DNA of 64,000 nucleotides, taken from NCBI GenBank assembly GCA_032718475.1, contig JAUCBJ010009084.1:1-64000 (forward strand), in the 5' to 3' direction. The notes beneath the pieces are model-generated. The model was not told the DNA's origin and ran no database searches. It saw only the letters and a program-made list of their open reading frames with translations. This document shows positions 12,147-24,242 of the stretch, piece by piece. Each line of letters opens with the position of its first letter. The first letter of the stretch is position 1. Source of the DNA: Nemertoderma westbladi (lineage: Eukaryota > Animalia > Xenacoelomorpha). The translations under genes were made by a program, and so were the position numbers.

Positions 12147-13420
12147 GGATGTAGGACAATTCGGTCCCGGACAATTCGGTCCCGGACAATTCGGTCCCGG
12201 ACAATTCGGTCCGGACAATTCGGTCCCGGACAATTCGGTCCCGGACAATTCGGTCCCAAAACACTAAATAAATGGGACCGAATTGTCCGGGACCGAATTG
12301 TCCGGGACCGAATTGTCATAGGACCGAATTGTCCTAGGACCGAATTGTCCAGGACCGAATTGTCCGGGACCGAATTGTCCGGGACCGAATTGTCCGGGAC
12401 CGAATTGTCTGGGACCGAATTGTCCGGGACCGAATTGTCCGGGACCGAATTGTCCGGGACCAAATTGTCCGGTTCCTAATAGCAACGAATGTTGAAGTGA
12501 ATGTTCTAAAACATTAGTAGATATATTTGTTATGCTAGCTAGTGTTATTTACTAGATATAATTTTTTGAAATTTCAAAATACTGTATTTTTTTTTATTTT
12601 TGTTATTGGTAGTGTTCGAGAACATTATTATATATTATTTATTAAGGTGTAGCTAGTGTTTTTTTTTTAACAGCTAACATTTCCTTGAAATTATAAAAAA
12701 ACTTGTGAATACATTGATATTTCAGTATTAGGCCTAAACTGTTGCTGATTATATTAATTACCCACAATATTGATGATATTATAACAGTCCCTGAATGAGA
12801 TCCAGCTATTATCTAGGATAATAATTTAGGCTTGTTAACCAACCAACAACACATACATACATACGCAATAAATAAAAAAAATCAGTTTTAAAAATAAACA
12901 TTTTAAATACATACTATTACTAGCTTGTAAATGATTCACAAGCTCCATAAAAACACTATGGTGTTTTTATGGAGGCTACCATAAATAATAATGTTAACAA
13001 AAAAAAGTAAATTTTTTTTATTTTTAAAAAAATGCTAGCTAGTAAAAAAAAACACTAGCTACCATATAATAATATATATTAAGGTTCTAGAACATTCACC
13101 ATTATATAATACCAATTAAATTTGGTCCTGGACAATTCGGTCCTGGACAATTCGGTCCCGGACAATTCGGTCCCGGACAATTCGGTCCCAGACAATTCGG
13201 TCCCGGACAATTCGGTCCCGGACAATTCGGTCCCATTAATATGCATGTTTTGGGACCGAATTGTCCTAGTCAGTATCCGGACAATTCGGTCCCGGACAAT
13301 TCGGTCCCGGACAATTCGGTCCCAAAACACAAAATTAATGGGACCGAATTGTCCGGGACCGAATTGTCCAGGACCGAATTGTCTGGACCGAATTGTCCGG
13401 GACCGAATTGTCCTGCTTCT
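12147..13420. mobile_element. MULE/foldback-like MITE with 15-bp tandem arrays (GGACAATTCGGTCCC) in both orientations
   Basis: Perfect 9-bp TSD GTTACTTAC (12138-12146, 13421-13429); imperfect TIRs; removal restores the gag-pol frame (DRYLQRNPH). Confidence 0.9.
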
Positions 13421-15060
13421 GTTACTTACAGCGAAATCCTCACAGGAAGGGGAGCAAAGAACCCGTATTGATAAGAAGGAATACGTATACCGGCATTCAA
13501 GACGATGGTTACCAACCAGGTTCGTCGGACGAGGATGGCGAGTTGAGCGCAAGAGAGGTGACCTGCCAAGGTTTCACCGCGGATAGTTCATCGACCAGCG
13601 CGCAGACGTATTTATCATCGGCCACATCGGAGATATTTAGCGTGATTCCGGTGAAACTCACTGGCGATAAAGGATCGAAGCGAATATATGTGATGTTGGA
13701 CACTGCGTCCACATTATCGTATATCGACGAGGAAGTGGCGAGAGCCGTTTCTAGCTTCCAGGACGCCGAGGAAATCCAAATAGAGTTGAAGTCTATGCAT
13801 GGAGTAGGAGACCTCAAGGGACACATAATTTCGGTGGAACTAGACTCCCTACTTCCAAGAGACCAACATACTCGACAAGAACGGAAAGCTTTGCCATTGG
13901 ACGGATTTAAGTGTCTAGCTATGAAGGGGTTCGGCAGGCAGTTAGGTAAGGTGCCGCCGATGAGTCCCATAGCACAGGAGTATTTTGACAAGCTCAGGAT
14001 ACCGAGACACCAGGTAGGATATAGGAATGTTTCTATGTTGATTGGTGCAGAACAGCTGATCGCACACCAAATATGGGAAACGAGACCAGCTGAGCCGCAT
14101 GTCAATGGACCACATGCCCATAGGACTATATTATGTTGGTATACAAGAGTACCCATGTCTTATGAATTTACAGGTGGCGACAAACCAATAGACAGATATG
14201 ACGAATTACAGCCTATAACTCAACCACCGTTAGTAGAACCACCAGACATAGACGAGTTTAGGAGAACCTGTATTGACCACTATAGTGACTTTAGCGAGTC
14301 GGACGAGGAGTTGATTCCCGATAATGTTAGGTTGTCGGAACCACTTCATAACGACCGGACAGATAGTGAACCCGAGGACTACTGTTATCAGACCAGTGGG
14401 TCTGGTTCAGCGACCCACGCTACCTATTTGAGTAACGTTTTGACTTATGCCAACATAGTGGAGGGTCAAGTGGCTAAATATCGAGACCTCAACATTTTCC
14501 AATACAGTGAGGAGGAATTACAGAAGGAATTGATACGCCAGGACCTCGAGACAGGAGCTAGAACCGTCGAATGGCTGGATAGGGACGCAATGGAACCCGG
14601 TGGGTATGACCTAGCCATGTCCTCTGATGAGAAACGGTCGCTGGAGATGATGGAAGATACCATACGTCTACTACCGACTGGACATTTTGAAGTTGGAATG
14701 TTGTGGCATCGACAACCTCCTAAATTGGAGAACAACTACACTTTAGCCTTGAAAAGATTGAACGGAGTAAGGGCTCGGTTGTTAAGGAATCCGGACATTA
14801 GGGAGAAGTATTGCGCCCAGATCAACAACTATTTCACCAAGGGATTTGCTGGGAAGGTAGAGGACCCTGACTTAGTGACAGACCAGACTTATTACCTCCC
14901 ACACCACTATATGACTCACCCTGACAAGCCAGACAAAGTCTGAGTAGTCAACGACTGTGCAGCAGTCTATAGAGGTATGTCCCTGAATTCAGAGTTGATG
15001 GATGGTCCCAACCTGAATAATTATTTGATAGGAATATTGTTGCGTTTTAGACAGCGGCGA
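13421..15060 (+). pseudogene. pol: BEL/Pao pol fragment: aspartic protease and start of reverse transcriptase
   Basis: VIPVKL..IYVMLDTASTLSYI; GHFEVGMLW; YYLPHH; stop at 14941; ends at LLRFRQRR where the satellite begins. Confidence 0.85.
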
Positions 15061-15064
15061 TTCG

Positions 15065-18000
15065 AGAACACAACAATATTAACAGGGAGATAGGCTACTT
15101 ATCTCTTCACTCTGAGAGCCTCAAAAAGGGGGTGTTCCGACGCAATCAAATTTCATCCATCTCCTGGGGAAAGACGAAGCAAATAACAGCTGATTACTTC
15201 TATAAATGAAAGTGTTGCCTGTTCTTATGACTTTCATTTAAGATTCTCTATCTCGTGGAGTGGGTTAGAAGTTATAAATATGAAAATCTATGTGGTTTTT
15301 GAAAAAAATCAAAGGAGATTTTGATAAATTATTGCTGAAAAACCCCAATGATTTTGACATGGCTTTAATACTCATTATATTCATGAAATAGCTGAGAAAT
15401 TTGAGGTGAATTATTGTATCACATATTAACTTCGGCTCCAGCCGCTTTGGCAATTCGATGAAACTATAATAAATATTCTAGAACACAACAATATTAACAG
15501 GGGGATAGGCTACTTATCTCTTCACTCTGAGAGCCTCAAAAAGGAGGTGTTCCGACGCAATCAAATTTCATCCATCTCCTGGGGAAAGACGAAGCAAATA
15601 ACAGCTGATTACTTCTATAAATGAAAGTGTTACCTGTTCTTATGACTTTCGTTTAAGATTCTCTATCTCGTGGAGTGGGTTAGAAGTTATAAATATGAAA
15701 ATCGATGTGGTTTTTGAAAAAAATCAGAGGAAATTTTAATAAATTATTGCTTAAAAACCCCAATTATTTTGACATGGCTTTAATACTTCATTATGTTCAT
15801 GAAAAAACTTAGATATTTGAGGTGAATTATTGTGTTACATAACAACTTTAACTCCAGCCACATTAGCAATACGATGAAACTATAATAAATATTCTACAAC
15901 AGAACAATATTAACAGGGAAATAGGCTACTTATCTCTTCACTCTTAGAGCCTCGAAAAGCGGGTGTTCCGACGCAATCAAAATTCATCCATCTCCTGGGG
16001 AAAGGCGAAGCAAAGAATAGCTGATTACTTCTATAAATGTAAGTGTTACCTGTTCTTTTGACTTTCGTTTAAGATTGTCTAATGTCAAAAAGCGGGTGTT
16101 CCGACGCAATCAAAATTCATCCATCTCCTGGGGAAAGGCGAAGCAAAGAATAGCTGATTACTTCAATAAATGTAAGTGTTACCTGTTCTTTTGACTTTCG
16201 TTTAAGATTGTCTAATGTCTATCTCTTGGAGTGGGTTAGAAGTCATGAATATGAAAATCGATGTCGTTTTTTGTAAAAAATCAGAGGAGATTTTAATAAA
16301 TTATTGCTGAAAAACACCAAGGATTTTTACAAGGATTTAATACTCATTATATTCATGAAATAGTTGAGATATTTGAGGTGAATTATTGCATTACATATTA
16401 ACTTTGGCTCCAGCCGCTTTGGCAATACGATGAAACTATAATAAATATTCTACAACACAACAATATTAACAGGGAGATAGGCTACTTATCTCTCCACTCT
16501 GAGAGCCCCAAAAAGGGGGTGTTCCGACGCAATCAAAATTCATCCATCTCCTGGGGAAAGACGAAGCAAATAACAGCTGAATACTTCTATAAATAAAAGT
16601 GTTACCTGTTCTTATGACTTTCGTTTAAGATTCTCTATCTCGTGGAGTGGGTTAGAAGTTATAAATATGAAAATCGATGTGGTTTTTGAAAAAAAATCAG
16701 AGGATATTTTAATAAATTATTGCTGAAAAACCCCAAGGATTTTGACATGGCTTTAATACTCATTATATTCATGAAATAGCTGAGAAATTTGAGGTGAATT
16801 ATTGTATCACATATTAACTTCGGCTCCAGCCGCTTTGGCAATACAATGAAACTATAATAAATATTCTAGAACACAACAATATTAACAGGGAGATAGGCTA
16901 CTTATCTCTTCACTCTGAGAGCCTCAAAAAGGGGGTGTTCCGACGCAATCAAAATTCATCCATCTCCTGGGGAAAGACGAAGCAATACGATGAAACTATA
17001 ATAAATATTCTAGAACACAACAATATTAACAGGGAGATAGGCTACTTATCTCTCCACTCTGAGAGCCTCAAAAAGGGGACGTTCCGACGCAATCAAAATT
17101 CATCCATCTCCTGGGGAAAGACGAAGCAAATATCAGCTGATTACTTCTATAAATGAAAGTGTTGCCTGTTCTTATGACTTTCGTTTAAGATTCTCCATCT
17201 TATGGAGTGGGTTAGCAGTTATAAATATGAAAATCGATGTGGTTTTTGAAAAAAATCAGAGGATATTTTGATAAATTATTTCTGAAAAACCCCAAGGATT
17301 TTGACATGGCTTTAATACTCATTATATTCATGAAATAGCTGAGAAATTTGAGGTGAATTATTGCATCACATATTAACTTCGGCTCCAGCCGCTTTGGCAA
17401 TACAATGAAACTATAATAAATATTCTAGAACACAACAATATTAACAGGGAGATAGGCTACTTATCTCTTCACTCTGAGAGCATCAAAAAGGGGGTGTTCC
17501 GACGCAATCAAAATTCATCCATCTGCAGGGGAAAGACGAAGCAAATAACAGCTGATTACTTCTATAAATGAAAGTGTTACCTGTTCTTATGACTTTCGTT
17601 TAAGATTCTCTATCTCGTGGAGTTGGTTAGAAGTTATAAATATGAAAATCGATGTGGTTTTTTAAAAAAAATCAGAGGATATTTTGATAAATTATTGCTG
17701 AAAAACCCCAAGGATTTTGACATGGCTTTAATACTTCATTATGTTCATGAAAAAACTGAGATATTTGAGGTGAATAATTGCATTACATAATAACTTTAAC
17801 TCCAGCCACATTAGCAATACGATGAAACTATAATAAATATTCTAGAACACAACAATATTAACATGGAGATAGGCTACTTATCTCTCCACTCTGGGAGCCT
17901 CAAAAAGGGGGTGTTCCGAAGCAATCAAAATTCATCCATCTCCTAAGGAAAGACGAAGCAAATAACAGCTGATTACTTCTATAAATGTAAGTGTTACCTT

Positions 18001-20552
18001 TTCTTATGACTTTCGTTTAACCCTATTCCACCTGGGGTTGGGCAGAATCTGCCCAACACTTTTCATTTTTAGAAATTCATCATGATGATTTTTATGTATT
18101 ATTATGAAATTCATTGACTTTTCCTAGAATTTAATTGGCTTTCTGATGGTAACAAAATATTTTTTTCATCATTTATACTTTTTGTGCTATGGTGTGTTTT
18201 TCATATCATAGTCACATTTTTTTATTATAATATCTTTATTAGCCTAACTGGTAGAAAAGATAATCCCTGGTTGGATACTTCCCCTGGTCAACAAGCTAGA
18301 ATACAACCAATTACGGTCCAGTACATTCATTTGGCTGGGTTGTAAAGTTAAATTCAAACACGAGATTGTCTTCTGCTTGGATTAGTACACATCAATAACA
18401 TTATTTTTTAATAACAAAATACTAAACTGACAGATAATCAATAAGTCTACTAGGATAAAACAACAACCACCATTGAAATCAGTATATTCCTAATGTAATA
18501 GAGCAGACATAAACAGAGGTGAATAAATCTATTCAATAACAGCACCCCTGCAAGCAAAATTTTCACTTGGGATGTCTGGCAGAGTTAGGCAGACAGTGGT
18601 GTTGGGAGGAGTATGTATAGTATAGTATTATCTCATCTTTTTACTGTAATGGGTTATCTTCATGATAATTAATTTATCTGGATATATTATTTAAAATTAT
18701 GAATATATACAAGTCAGAACAGATGCATTATATATTTTCCTATAAACCTGCGAAAATTTGGAAAGTTTTGATAAAATTATCATTACTTTTTAGTGTATAA
18801 TATACTGTTGGGCATATTATGCCCAACCCCAGGTGGAATCTCGGACAAAAGAGCCCAGGTGGAATAGGGTTAAGATTCTCTATCTCGTGGAGTGGGTTAG
18901 AAGTTATAAATATGAAAATCGATGTGGTTTTTTGTAAAAAATCTGAGGATATTTTGATAAATTATTGCTGAAAAACCCCAAGGATTTTGACATGGCTTTA
19001 ATACTTCATTATGTTCATGAAAAAACTTAGATATTTGAGGTGAATTATTGCATTACATAATAACTTTAACTCCAGGCACATTAGCAATACGATGAAACTA
19101 TAATAAATATTCTAGAACACAACAATATTAACAGGGAGATAGGCTACTTATCTGTCCACTCTGAGAGCCTCAGAAAGGGGGTGTTCCGATGCAATCAAAA
19201 TTCATCCATCTCCAGGGGAAATACGAAGCAAATAACAGCTGATTACTTCTATAAATGTAAGTGTTACCTGCTCTTTTGACTTTCATTTAAGATTATCTAT
19301 CTCTTGGCGTAGGTTAGAAGTCATGAATATGAAAATCGATGTCGATTTTTGTAAAAAATCAGAGGAGATTTTAATAAATTATTGCTGAAAAACACCAACG
19401 ATTTTGACATGGCTTTAATACTTCATTATGTTCATGAAATAGCTAAGATATTTGAGGTGAATTATTGTATCACATATTAACTTCGGCTCCAGCCGCTTTG
19501 GCAATACGATGAAACTATAATAAATATTCTAGAACACAACAATATTAACAGGGAGATAGGCTACTTTTCTCTCCACTCTGAGAGCCTCAAAAAGGGGGTG
19601 TTCCGACGCAATCAAAATTCATCCATCTCCAGGGAAAAGACAAAGCAAAGAACAGCTGATTACTTCTATAAATGTAAGTGTTACCTGCTCTTTTGACTTT
19701 CATTTAAGATTATCTATCTCTTGGCGTAGGTTAGAAGTCATGAATATGAAAATCGATGTCGATTTTTGTAAAAAATCAGAGGAGATTTTAATAAATTATT
19801 GCTGAAAAACCCCAAGGATTTTGACATGGATTTAATACCTCATTACGTTCATGAAAAAACTGAGATATTTGAGGTGAATTATTGCATTACATAATAACTT
19901 TAACTCCAGCCACATTAGCAATACGATGAAACTATAATAAATATTCTAGAACACAACAATATTAACAGGGAGATAGGCTACTTATCTCTCCATTCAGACA
20001 GCCACAGATAGGGAGGGGTGTTTTGACACAATAAAAATTCCACCATCTCCAGGGGAAAGACGAAGCAAATAACAGCTGATTACTTCTATAAATGTAAGTG
20101 TTACCTGTTCTTTTGACTTTCGTTTAAGATTCTTTATCTTGTGGAGTGGGTTAGAAGATATAAATAAGAAAATCGATATGGTTTTTGAAAAAATCAGAGG
20201 GTATTTTGATAAATTATTGCCGAAAATCACCAATGATTTTGGCATGGCTTTAATACTTCATTATGTTCATGAAATAGCTGAGATATTTGAGGTGAATTAT
20301 TGCATTACATAATAACTTTAGCTCCAGCCACTTTATCAATGCGATGAAACAATAATAAATATTCTAGAATACAGTAATATTAATAGGGAGATAGGCTATT
20401 ATCTCTCCACTCATACAACCACAGATAGGGTGTGTTCTGACACAATCAAAATTCATTCATCTTCAGTGGTATGACATAGCAAATAACAGCTGATTACTTC
20501 TATAAATGTAAGTATTACCTGTTCTTTTGAAATTCATTTAAGATTCTCTATC
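15065..20552 (+). repeat. ~416-bp satellite array (~11 monomers, two partial internal duplications)
   Basis: AGAACACAACAATATTAACAGGG recurs at ~415-417-bp spacing. Confidence 0.95.
18021..18869. mobile_element. piggyBac-like MITE (849 bp) inserted in the satellite
   Basis: TTAA TSD at 18017-18020 and 18870-18873; perfect 16-bp TIR CCCTATTCCACCTGGG; subterminal GTTGGGCA..TGCCCAAC palindromes. Confidence 0.93.
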
Positions 20553-20574
20553 ATAAACTTATTCTCTATCATAT

Positions 20575-20915
20575 CATAATAACCTAAACTAGCACCGGTA
20601 TTGCACTGAGATAACTGAATTGGTATGATTACTGCCAAGTGGCTATATTGCACGGTTGGCCTTGTTACTCTACCTAATCGATGCCTTTCCCCCCTCTGAT
20701 TGGTTGATACCCTTGTTGGCGCCCTTTGGAGTGTTCCCGTTCACTCCACCTATTCTCTCTGGGTTAGGGGTTTGGCCCCTGACCCTCTATTGTGTGCTTC
20801 CTTCCCACTCTTATTGGGATGGCACGAGTTGGTTAATTATCCAATCTCGTGGCTCCCAATATTGCTTATCGGCTTATAACTTTATGGGGTATTAGCGGGA
20901 TTGAATAAGCTAACA
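20575..20915 (-). repeat. 3' LTR of element B
   Basis: Matches 30503-30843 except the terminal dinucleotide and one substitution that I can see. Confidence 0.93.
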
Positions 20916-20924
20916 CTCCCCCCC
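20916..20924 (-). other. Polypurine tract of element B
   Basis: GGGGGGGAG directly before TGTTAGC on the minus strand. Confidence 0.8.
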
Positions 20925-21814
20925 ATGCTATCTTCCCGGTAAGAAGATAGCATCAACCAAAAAGTGCGCTACAATCCCGCTGGATCCTGATCTAGTATCG
21001 GGTGTGGGGTGGAATTCTTTTCTCTCGGAGCCGGCTTTCCAGGCCGCCCCCTATTGGTATGATAACGCTACCCTGTGTGCCTGGCGTCTCATTTCGGGCC
21101 GATCGCGCTCACCTCTCACGCAACTTTTGTTTCCCCAACACTTCCGCCCTATCTCTTCTTCACTCCCACCCTAACTCTCTCACACTCGGACCTCCTCGCC
21201 CCTCACTCAGCCTCTTACTCCCCCCCCCCCACACTAGAATTGCGTCCGCACTCTATCCGCACTCCGCACTATTATTCCGTCCCTCAACCTCACTTCGACT
21301 GTCTCTTCCCTTCTGACGAATCTCCCCCCCCCTCTCGTGCCGTCGCACTCAAGAAGTGTGAAATTGTCTGGTGTCTCGTCCATGGTGCCATAGTCAGTTT
21401 TCCCCCAGTCCCAGTAGCTAATTGAGAAAGGTTGTATGACTATAGTACTTACTCCGAACATATATATTTCTAGATTACTAATTACTACGTACGTACATAC
21501 AAATTGCACTTATATGATTATTTTGCATTAATTAAATTTGTACTTAATAGTTCGTACATCCCACGCGGCGCCTTCCAGGCGTACCACGTCCAAGTCCCAG
21601 TCTCTCTCCCTCAACTCTGGGAACCTATCTGTTCCTCCGGGGGTAGTTCCCCCTGGCGTCCTCTTCCCTGGGTCATTTCTTGGTTATCACCGTTCCTCTG
21701 GCATCATCCGCTTTCTGCTTTCTGACCTTCGCCGCCACTTCCTTGCTGATCCCGGTCGTTGGCTCCTTGGGCGCTGGTGTTATTAGTGCCCGATATCGCT
21801 TCGCCGGTGGCCCC

Positions 21815-22774
21815 TCAGAGTGGCCCGGTTGTCTCCCTCTGGTGGCGTCCCATAGGATGATTGAGCAAACTTATCATCATCCAGTCCTCCTGCAGGATAT
21901 ATCGCTTCTGATATACCTTTATCGCTCCCCTGCGGAACTGATATACCTCCTGCTTTCCCGGTCTCGCTCCCCACTTTAGCGAGTTCGCTAGTTCTGCTCC
22001 GTATTCTTCCTTAAACTTCGCCCAATCCATTGGTTTGTGGCATGCGAGCCCCAATAATTGGCCCATCGCCACCGCCCCGCATTGGCCTGTGTTTTCGACT
22101 ACCCCCAACCCATCCGGTGCCGTCATAGCCATAAAGACTTTCTGCATATCCAGGAGGTTGGTGGCGTCCGGACCGATGATTCTCTCCGCATCCTCGCGAA
22201 TCGCCGATCCCACTTTCGTCGTCGACTTCTCTCTTACTAAGACTTGTACCGCTTTCGGTAACCGGTTTAGTTTCGGCCCGTCCTTCTTCCCATACGTCCC
22301 TAGGTCGAATAAGAAGATGTCCCCATTTGGCGCGGCCAAATGTAGGAGTATGGTCCTGGCCGACCCCGCCGTTCCTCGTCTCGAACCCGCCTCGTCTTCC
22401 ACGGTTCCCTCGTCATCTAGGATCATATATCCTCCTCTGTTGACGGACTCTATGAATCTCTTCCAGTCCTTCCTCGGTGATTCCCTCGGGTATTTCGGAA
22501 TCCCGAACTTCGCCTCGTCCCCTTTCACCACATAGTGGAAGTGTTGGAAGATCGCGTTGTCCAGCGACGGGGTCCCGTAGGTCACGACCAGCCGCTGTTT
22601 GTGCACCTCCCGGAAGTGATCCTGCAGCGCTCGTGCCGCGTGACTCCTTTCCAACCTCTCGTAGTATCCTCTCGTCTTCTCTTCCGGATGCCTCTCGGTG
22701 AAATCCACCAGTATCTCCTTTCCTCCTGACTCCGCCTTTCTCTTTCTGATCAACTTACTCGCCATTCCGAACAT
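21815..22774 (-). CDS. DEDDy 3'-5' exonuclease (WRN/EXD2/Mut-7-like), retrotransposon-encoded
   Basis: ExoI YMILDDEG; LLHLAAPNGDIFLFDL; LPKAVQVLV..KVGSAIRED (ExoII); LLDMQ; ExoIII QKRYILQED; uninterrupted 319-aa ORF. Confidence 0.8.
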   Translation of the reverse strand: MFGMASKLIRKRKAESGGKEILVDFTERHPEEKTRGYYERLERSHAARALQDHFREVHKQRLVVTYGTPSLDNAIFQHFHYVVKGDEAKFGIPKYPRESPRKDWKRFIESVNRGGYMILDDEGTVEDEAGSRRGTAGSARTILLHLAAPNGDIFLFDLGTYGKKDGPKLNRLPKAVQVLVREKSTTKVGSAIREDAERIIGPDATNLLDMQKVFMAMTAPDGLGVVENTGQCGAVAMGQLLGLACHKPMDWAKFKEEYGAELANSLKWGARPGKQEVYQFRRGAIKVYQKRYILQEDWMMISLLNHPMGRHQRETTGPL

Positions 22775-23270
22775 TCACTCGCTCACCTGCAAGGTGGTGC
22801 CTTACCAAGGCGCAATACAGATGAGTGATGTATCTAGGATGTTCTGTACAGTTCGATAATGGCCTATTTCCTACTCAACTGCGCCTTTTAACCTAAAATA
22901 TTCCTAATTAATTTTGAAGCTAGTAAATGAGCGTAATTTACAATTTCTGTCCGTTACTTTTATTATGTTCTAGAATAACTTCCCTTGTGTTGCCACTATT
23001 TTACAATTTTCAGCCCTATTCTATTTATTTTTATCTATTTACTTTGATTCTACTGTCCTACTACTTACTACTGCCTATGGATTATTCTATTCTCTAATCC
23101 ACATTCTGGCCTACTCTGTATTCTGGCCTATGCAGTACAGCAGTATGCGTCGTGTGGCCACACGATTTATCCAGCTGTACTCATATGCCCCCCTCTCTCT
23201 ACTAACTGCTAACTAATACCTATATCTATATCCCCTTTTACCTCTCTCTTACTCTCTCTCTTCTTATTAA

Positions 23271-24060
23271 CGGTACTTACGTACCCTCTAACTCTCTAAC
23301 TAACTATCGGTACTACGTACCCTCTAACTCTCTAACTAACTATTGGTACTACATACCTTCTAACTCTCTAACTAACTATCGGTACTACGTACCCTCTAAC
23401 TCTCTAACTAACTATCGGTACTACGTACCCTCTAACTCTAACTAACTAGCGGTACTACGTACCCTCTAACTCTCTGACTAGCAGTACTACGTACCCTCTA
23501 ACTCTCTAACTAACTATCGGTACTACGTACCCTCTAACTCTAACTAACTAGCGGTACTACGTACCCTCTAACTCTCTGACTAACTAACGGTACTTACGTA
23601 CCCTCTAACTCTCTACTACTACTACTACTATGATCGGCATGCTGCATTGCAGCTGCATTTCTAAGAATGCTGTGCCGGCTTGTCAACAAAATTGCACCGC
23701 CACAACTCCCTATCACCCATGACATTTGCTAGATCATCCGCATCTTTAAGGCCAGTGTCCTTTAAGATGCGTCTCAAGAAAGTCATGGGCTGTCCACCAT
23801 GCTTATTCACTCCATGAGGCTGCCAAAGTACAAGCTCTAACTCTCTAACTAACTATCGGTACTACGTACCCTCTAACTCTAACTAACTAGCGGTACTACG
23901 TACCCTCTAACTAACTCTCTAACTGGCGGTACTACGTACCTCCTAACTAACTAACTAATGGTACTTACGTACCCTCTAACTAACTCCCTAACTGGCGGTA
24001 CTACGTACCTCCTAACTAACTAACTAACTAGGTACTACATACCTTCTTACTAACTCTCTG
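23271..24060 (-). repeat. ~30-35-bp minisatellite with GGTAC-TAC-GTACC hairpin and CTAA/TTAG runs, interrupted by ~200 bp of unrelated sequence (~23630-23835)
   Basis: Repeated ggtactacgtaccctctaactctctaactaacta. Confidence 0.85.
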
Positions 24061-24242
24061 CCTACTAACTGCGTACCTACCATGTACTATTTTTTTTATT
24101 TTATTTTATTATTTTGTTTGTGGGAAGGGCGTCTCGCCCTCAATCCTACCCCCCTCAGTCCAAAACTTGGACGACTAAACTTTTCTCTAACTCTGCTAAG
24201 GTGCCCCTTCTAATAGACAGGTAACACCTCTGCCCGCACCTT

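Larger units (their letters stand above)
1..15064 (+). mobile_element. BEL/Pao LTR retrotransposon family A, arranged as 3' internal region (accessory ORF) - LTR - 5'UTR - gag - pol (truncated in RT by satellite); carries three nested insertions
   Basis: Gag DUF1759-like PQKFMGN..W..F, Zn knuckles, protease MLDTAS, BEL-type RT start YYLPHH..PDKV*VVNDCAA..SLNSELMDGPNL; LTR homologous to 46462-47857. Confidence 0.85.

Noticed and set aside
12147-13420. CRISPR-like appearance of short regular repeats
   Set aside because: No unique spacers, no cas genes, eukaryotic TE context
11916-13586. ORFs with DNSVP/GTELS/GPNCP/QFGPG repeats
   Set aside because: Translations of the stop-free 15-bp MITE repeat, not genes
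15040-15060. Elements A and C both break near the RT motif LRFRQ
   Set aside because: Different breakpoints and event types; likely coincidence
20656-20895. Hydrophobic 79-aa ORF repeated at 30584-30823
   Set aside because: Lies antisense within the LTR; duplication is explained by the LTR
23271-24060. Telomeric repeat
   Set aside because: CTAA/CTCTAA runs are not a regular TTAGG/TTAGGG array and lie inside an LTR element
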